This document shows positions 60,952 to 64,000 of a stretch of 64,000 bases of DNA, one piece after another. The position numbers and the translations under genes are program-made. The number at the start of each line of letters is the position of its first letter. Within the stretch, counting starts at the first letter, position 1. Below the pieces are notes generated by a model that did not search any database, was not told the DNA's origin, and saw only the letters and a program-made list of their open reading frames with translations. This stretch comes from Lama glama (lineage: Eukaryota). Location of the stretch: assembly GCA_028534125.1 (NCBI GenBank), contig CM052816.1:29886001-29950000 (forward strand), in the 5' to 3' direction.

Positions 60952-62384
60952 AGGGATTCCAATTTGACTGTCATATTTTGGAGATTACGTAGGTCCAGAG
61001 AGTGCAAATAAATCATTTTATTTATAAAAGGACTTAGTGGTAGACTCATTCTTAAGCACAGGGCTCCGGGCCTGAAGCTCTGTGCACTGTTTATTACATC
61101 GTGGACCCTCCTAGTTCTTGATGTCAGCCTTGCCTGTTTGTGTAGTCAAACCTTGGCTTCAGGCCTCTGTTCTTAGATTGTACACATTCTACTTAGAACA
61201 TGTGGCTCATGTTGCAAGCCATGAGCAGATGAATTACACAAGCCTGGCAGACAGGATTTTGTTGCAGACTTTAGGTAGGGAGAGACATTGGGAGCTCCTG
61301 GAGGAGGAATAAAGATGAAGAAATGGAAATGGAGAGCAGGTGAGACAGTCTGCTGAGGCTGGAGCCTGGCAGGGGAGGAAGTGGGAAGTGGCACAGCAGG
61401 ATAAAAATCATGAGACTCTGGTGGAGAAAGAAGGTTGAAATTGCTTCAACTCTATTGAGGCAAACAACTGTGTGCTGACGAGAAGAAGGTTGATGAGCAT
61501 CTCTAGCCAGTCTCTTACTGTCTACAGCTCAAGGAGAAGTGAGGGGGGTGGCAGATGGAACAAGAAGGAGCAGAGGGGCTCAGCATGAGAGGGGAGAGAA
61601 AGCTGTGAGATGGAGGGGAGAAATCTGGGAAGTCTATGGACACAGCAGGGTGAGCTCTACTGGGGAGAGAGATGGGGAACTCAAGCCAAGAAGCCAGGGA
61701 ACAGTTGGCCCTAAGTGTCCAAAAAAAGAAAGGAAAAATTGGAGACAGTGGGAGATGATGAAGGGAATAAAATAAAAGCACAAACAAAAAGTTCAAAGAG
61801 AACATTTGGGATAGAAGTTAAAGCAGTAAAGAGCATCTGAAAGAGGTAGGGAAAATGGAGATTGAAATACATTTTGAATAAAAATAGTAGTAATTTTCAT
61901 TAAAAGAAAATAGTTTGGATGAGAGTTTAAGTGGCATGACATGTTTTGATTTTACCTGCTTACAAAGAAGTCCATATTATAACTAAGATGTTCCCAAAAG
62001 TGAAGCCTAAGATACCATTTTATTAAAAGAAAAATTGTACATATATAAATTTTTTTAAAAAGGATATGCTGGGAATTGGATTTTCTTGGGTTACTAGGGG
62101 AAAGAAATAGCATTAAGGAGTAAAATCCTGTAATTGTAACAAAGCAATTGAAATTCAATAAGAATGTTCATTGTTTAACCAATACCTGTATTTGAAACCG
62201 AAGAAGACCAGAAATATAAGAAGGTAATTTATCTAGCTCATACTCTGGAGTTCTTTCTGATATCTAGAGACCTTTTTGCCCTTATATTTTGACTTACTAG
62301 TACCTTAAGACTGAAATCTTGATGAAAAAGAAGATGATGATAAGTATGACATTGATGATGGTGGTGGTGGTGGTGGTAAGGATG

Positions 62385-62520
62385 ATGCTGCTTCCTGTAT
62401 GCTGGGTGCTATTCTAAGCGCTTTACATATATTAACTAATTTAATCTCCCAACAATAATTTGGGGTTAGTTAAATGTCTTCGGTTATGTCCATTTTATGG
62501 ATGAAGCTACTGAGGCACAC
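62385..62520 (-). mobile_element. MIR SINE
   Basis: 'ttctaagcgctttacatatattaactaatttaatc...ccattttatggatgaagctactgaggcac'. Confidence 0.8.
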
Positions 62521-62869
62521 TTCTCTTTCTTTTTCTTCCCCATTTCCATGTCTATTTTTGTCTAAGTACTTAGGAAGGATTAGAAAGAAAACCTAAAGCA
62601 TGATAATCAAGTAATAAAAAGCAGCCATTTGCAAGGTCCTGATCATACTCAGAATCTCCTCACCCCTACTCATTGAGGCTCTGCTCAAGAGTGAACCTCA
62701 CATCTCCATGTCCCACATTGTTAGAGTATTTGCTTATTAATGGAATGATTAATATGCCTAGTGGAGTGGCTATTATTTCTGATTATGGGAGAACAGCCAT
62801 TATAATGCCACCTGAGGGTAGGGTTTATCCTTTAGTGGTTGTGTGATGTAAAGGAAAGAAGAGGTTGAA

Positions 62870-63050
62870 GTTGGAGAGGACTTTGAATTTGAATCTTGGC
62901 TTCTTACTATTCATTTGACTTTGGACAATTTATTTACTGTTGTTCTATTCACTTGTAAAATGGGGATAATACCATCCACGTTGCAGGGTGATAGTGAAGA
63001 TTAAGTGAAATGAGAGATTTAAAGTGCCTAGGAAGATGCTTAAGAGTTAG
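62870..63050 (+). mobile_element. MIR SINE
   Basis: 'tttgaatcttggctt...tgactttggacaa...tgtaaaatggggataataccatccacgttgcagggt...aaagtgcctag'. Confidence 0.8.
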
Positions 63051-63317
63051 CTGAGGTTCAAAATGTGTTACTTTTTTTTTTAATAGAACTGATAATTGGT
63101 GACTGCAGGTATTTGATAATAATCAAATCAAATGCTGATATGGACTTTATAGATGAGGCTGAAAACTTTGTTGTTTCATGTGCACTTGGATTATATATCT
63201 CCATTATAAAATGATCACAGAATGAAAAGTTGGAAAATAATTATGAGATTTAGGCAAATGAGAAAAAAATGCCTGAAAGAAAACACTGTAACTGTCTTTT
63301 AATTTCAAGGACTCATC

Positions 63318-63765
63318 TGTGTTAGACAGAATAATGACTCCCCAAATGTGTCCACATCATAATCCCTGGACTCTGTCAATATGTTATCTTACATGCTAAA
63401 AGCAACTTTGCAAATGGGATTAAGTTAAAGCCTTTCAGATGGGAAATTACCCTGGACTATCTGAGTGGTACAATCTAATCACATAGGTCCTGAAAAAATC
63501 AGAGAATCTTTCAGACTGTGGTCATAGAAAGAGATGTGATGGTAGACAGTGATCAGAGAGATGCCATATTGATGGCTCTGAAGATGGAAGAAGGAGCTAT
63601 GAGCTAAAGCATGTGGGTAATCCCTAGAAGATGGAAAAGGCAAGGAAATATATTCTCCCCTTGAGTCTCCAGAAGGGAACACAACCCTGCTGACCCTTGA
63701 TTTTAGCCCACTAAGACCCATGTTGGGCTTTTGATCTACAGAATTGTATGGTAATAATAAGTTTG
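63318..63765 (+). mobile_element. MaLR solo LTR (MLT1D-like)
   Basis: 'agacagaataatgactccccaaatgtgtccacatcataatccctgga...ggattaagttaa...ggaaaaggcaaggaaatatattctcccc...cctgctgacccttgattttagccca'. Confidence 0.9.
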
Positions 63766-64000
63766 CGTATGTAGTAGTGGTATAGCTTCCTTTGTTCTCA
63801 AGATTCCTATTGGGAATAGTCTTAATTTCTTAGCCTTTATGGTAAGACCCTCCCTCTTAATAGAGTCCTTTTGAAGATATGCTATGTTAGCTTCCCTTTG
63901 GAGTGTCTTAAAATTGACCTCATTTTTCTCTGGCCTGCCCCCTTTTGACTCACAAATGGACCACTCACAGTCTTGTTTGCACCATAGGGTTGCCCACTTG

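Noticed and set aside
62180..62230. Possible exon ETEEDQKYKK ending at aag/gtaatt
   Set aside because: There is an in-frame stop shortly upstream and no acceptor with a pyrimidine tract in between.
1..64000. CRISPR array, operon or prokaryotic/viral defence system
   Set aside because: No regularly spaced repeats and no dense coding. The sequence is clearly mammalian and repeat-rich.

Overview
This is mammalian, mostly non-coding (intronic or intergenic) DNA. It is very probably camelid (alpaca/llama/camel), judged from the tRNA-derived SINEs and the young L1 3' ends. I see no intact protein-coding gene, rRNA, true tRNA gene or CRISPR array, and nearly all ORFs in the supplied track are chance or repeat-derived. 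The one clear gene-derived feature is a near full-length processed pseudogene of IFRD2 (~25871-27564, +). The rest is a usual eutherian repeat landscape (L1, L2, MIR, MaLR/ERVL LTRs, hAT MITEs, microsatellites) with several repeat-poor, motif-dense blocks that look like enhancers. The most notable observations are: (1) an L1 whose target-site duplication encloses ~270 bp of extra non-L1 DNA with its own polyA signal, i.e. a 3' transduction; (2) the IFRD2 retrocopy has multiple internal deletions, a 301-codon frame kept open by compensating frameshifts, and retained CpG richness; (3) a ~160 bp copy of nearby DNA inserted into a MaLR internal region; (4) a speculative small ORF resembling a secreted peptide precursor. 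I found no convincing evidence of a new biological system. Repeat family names and IFRD2 comparisons come from recalled consensus sequences, not database searches, and repeat boundaries are approximate.
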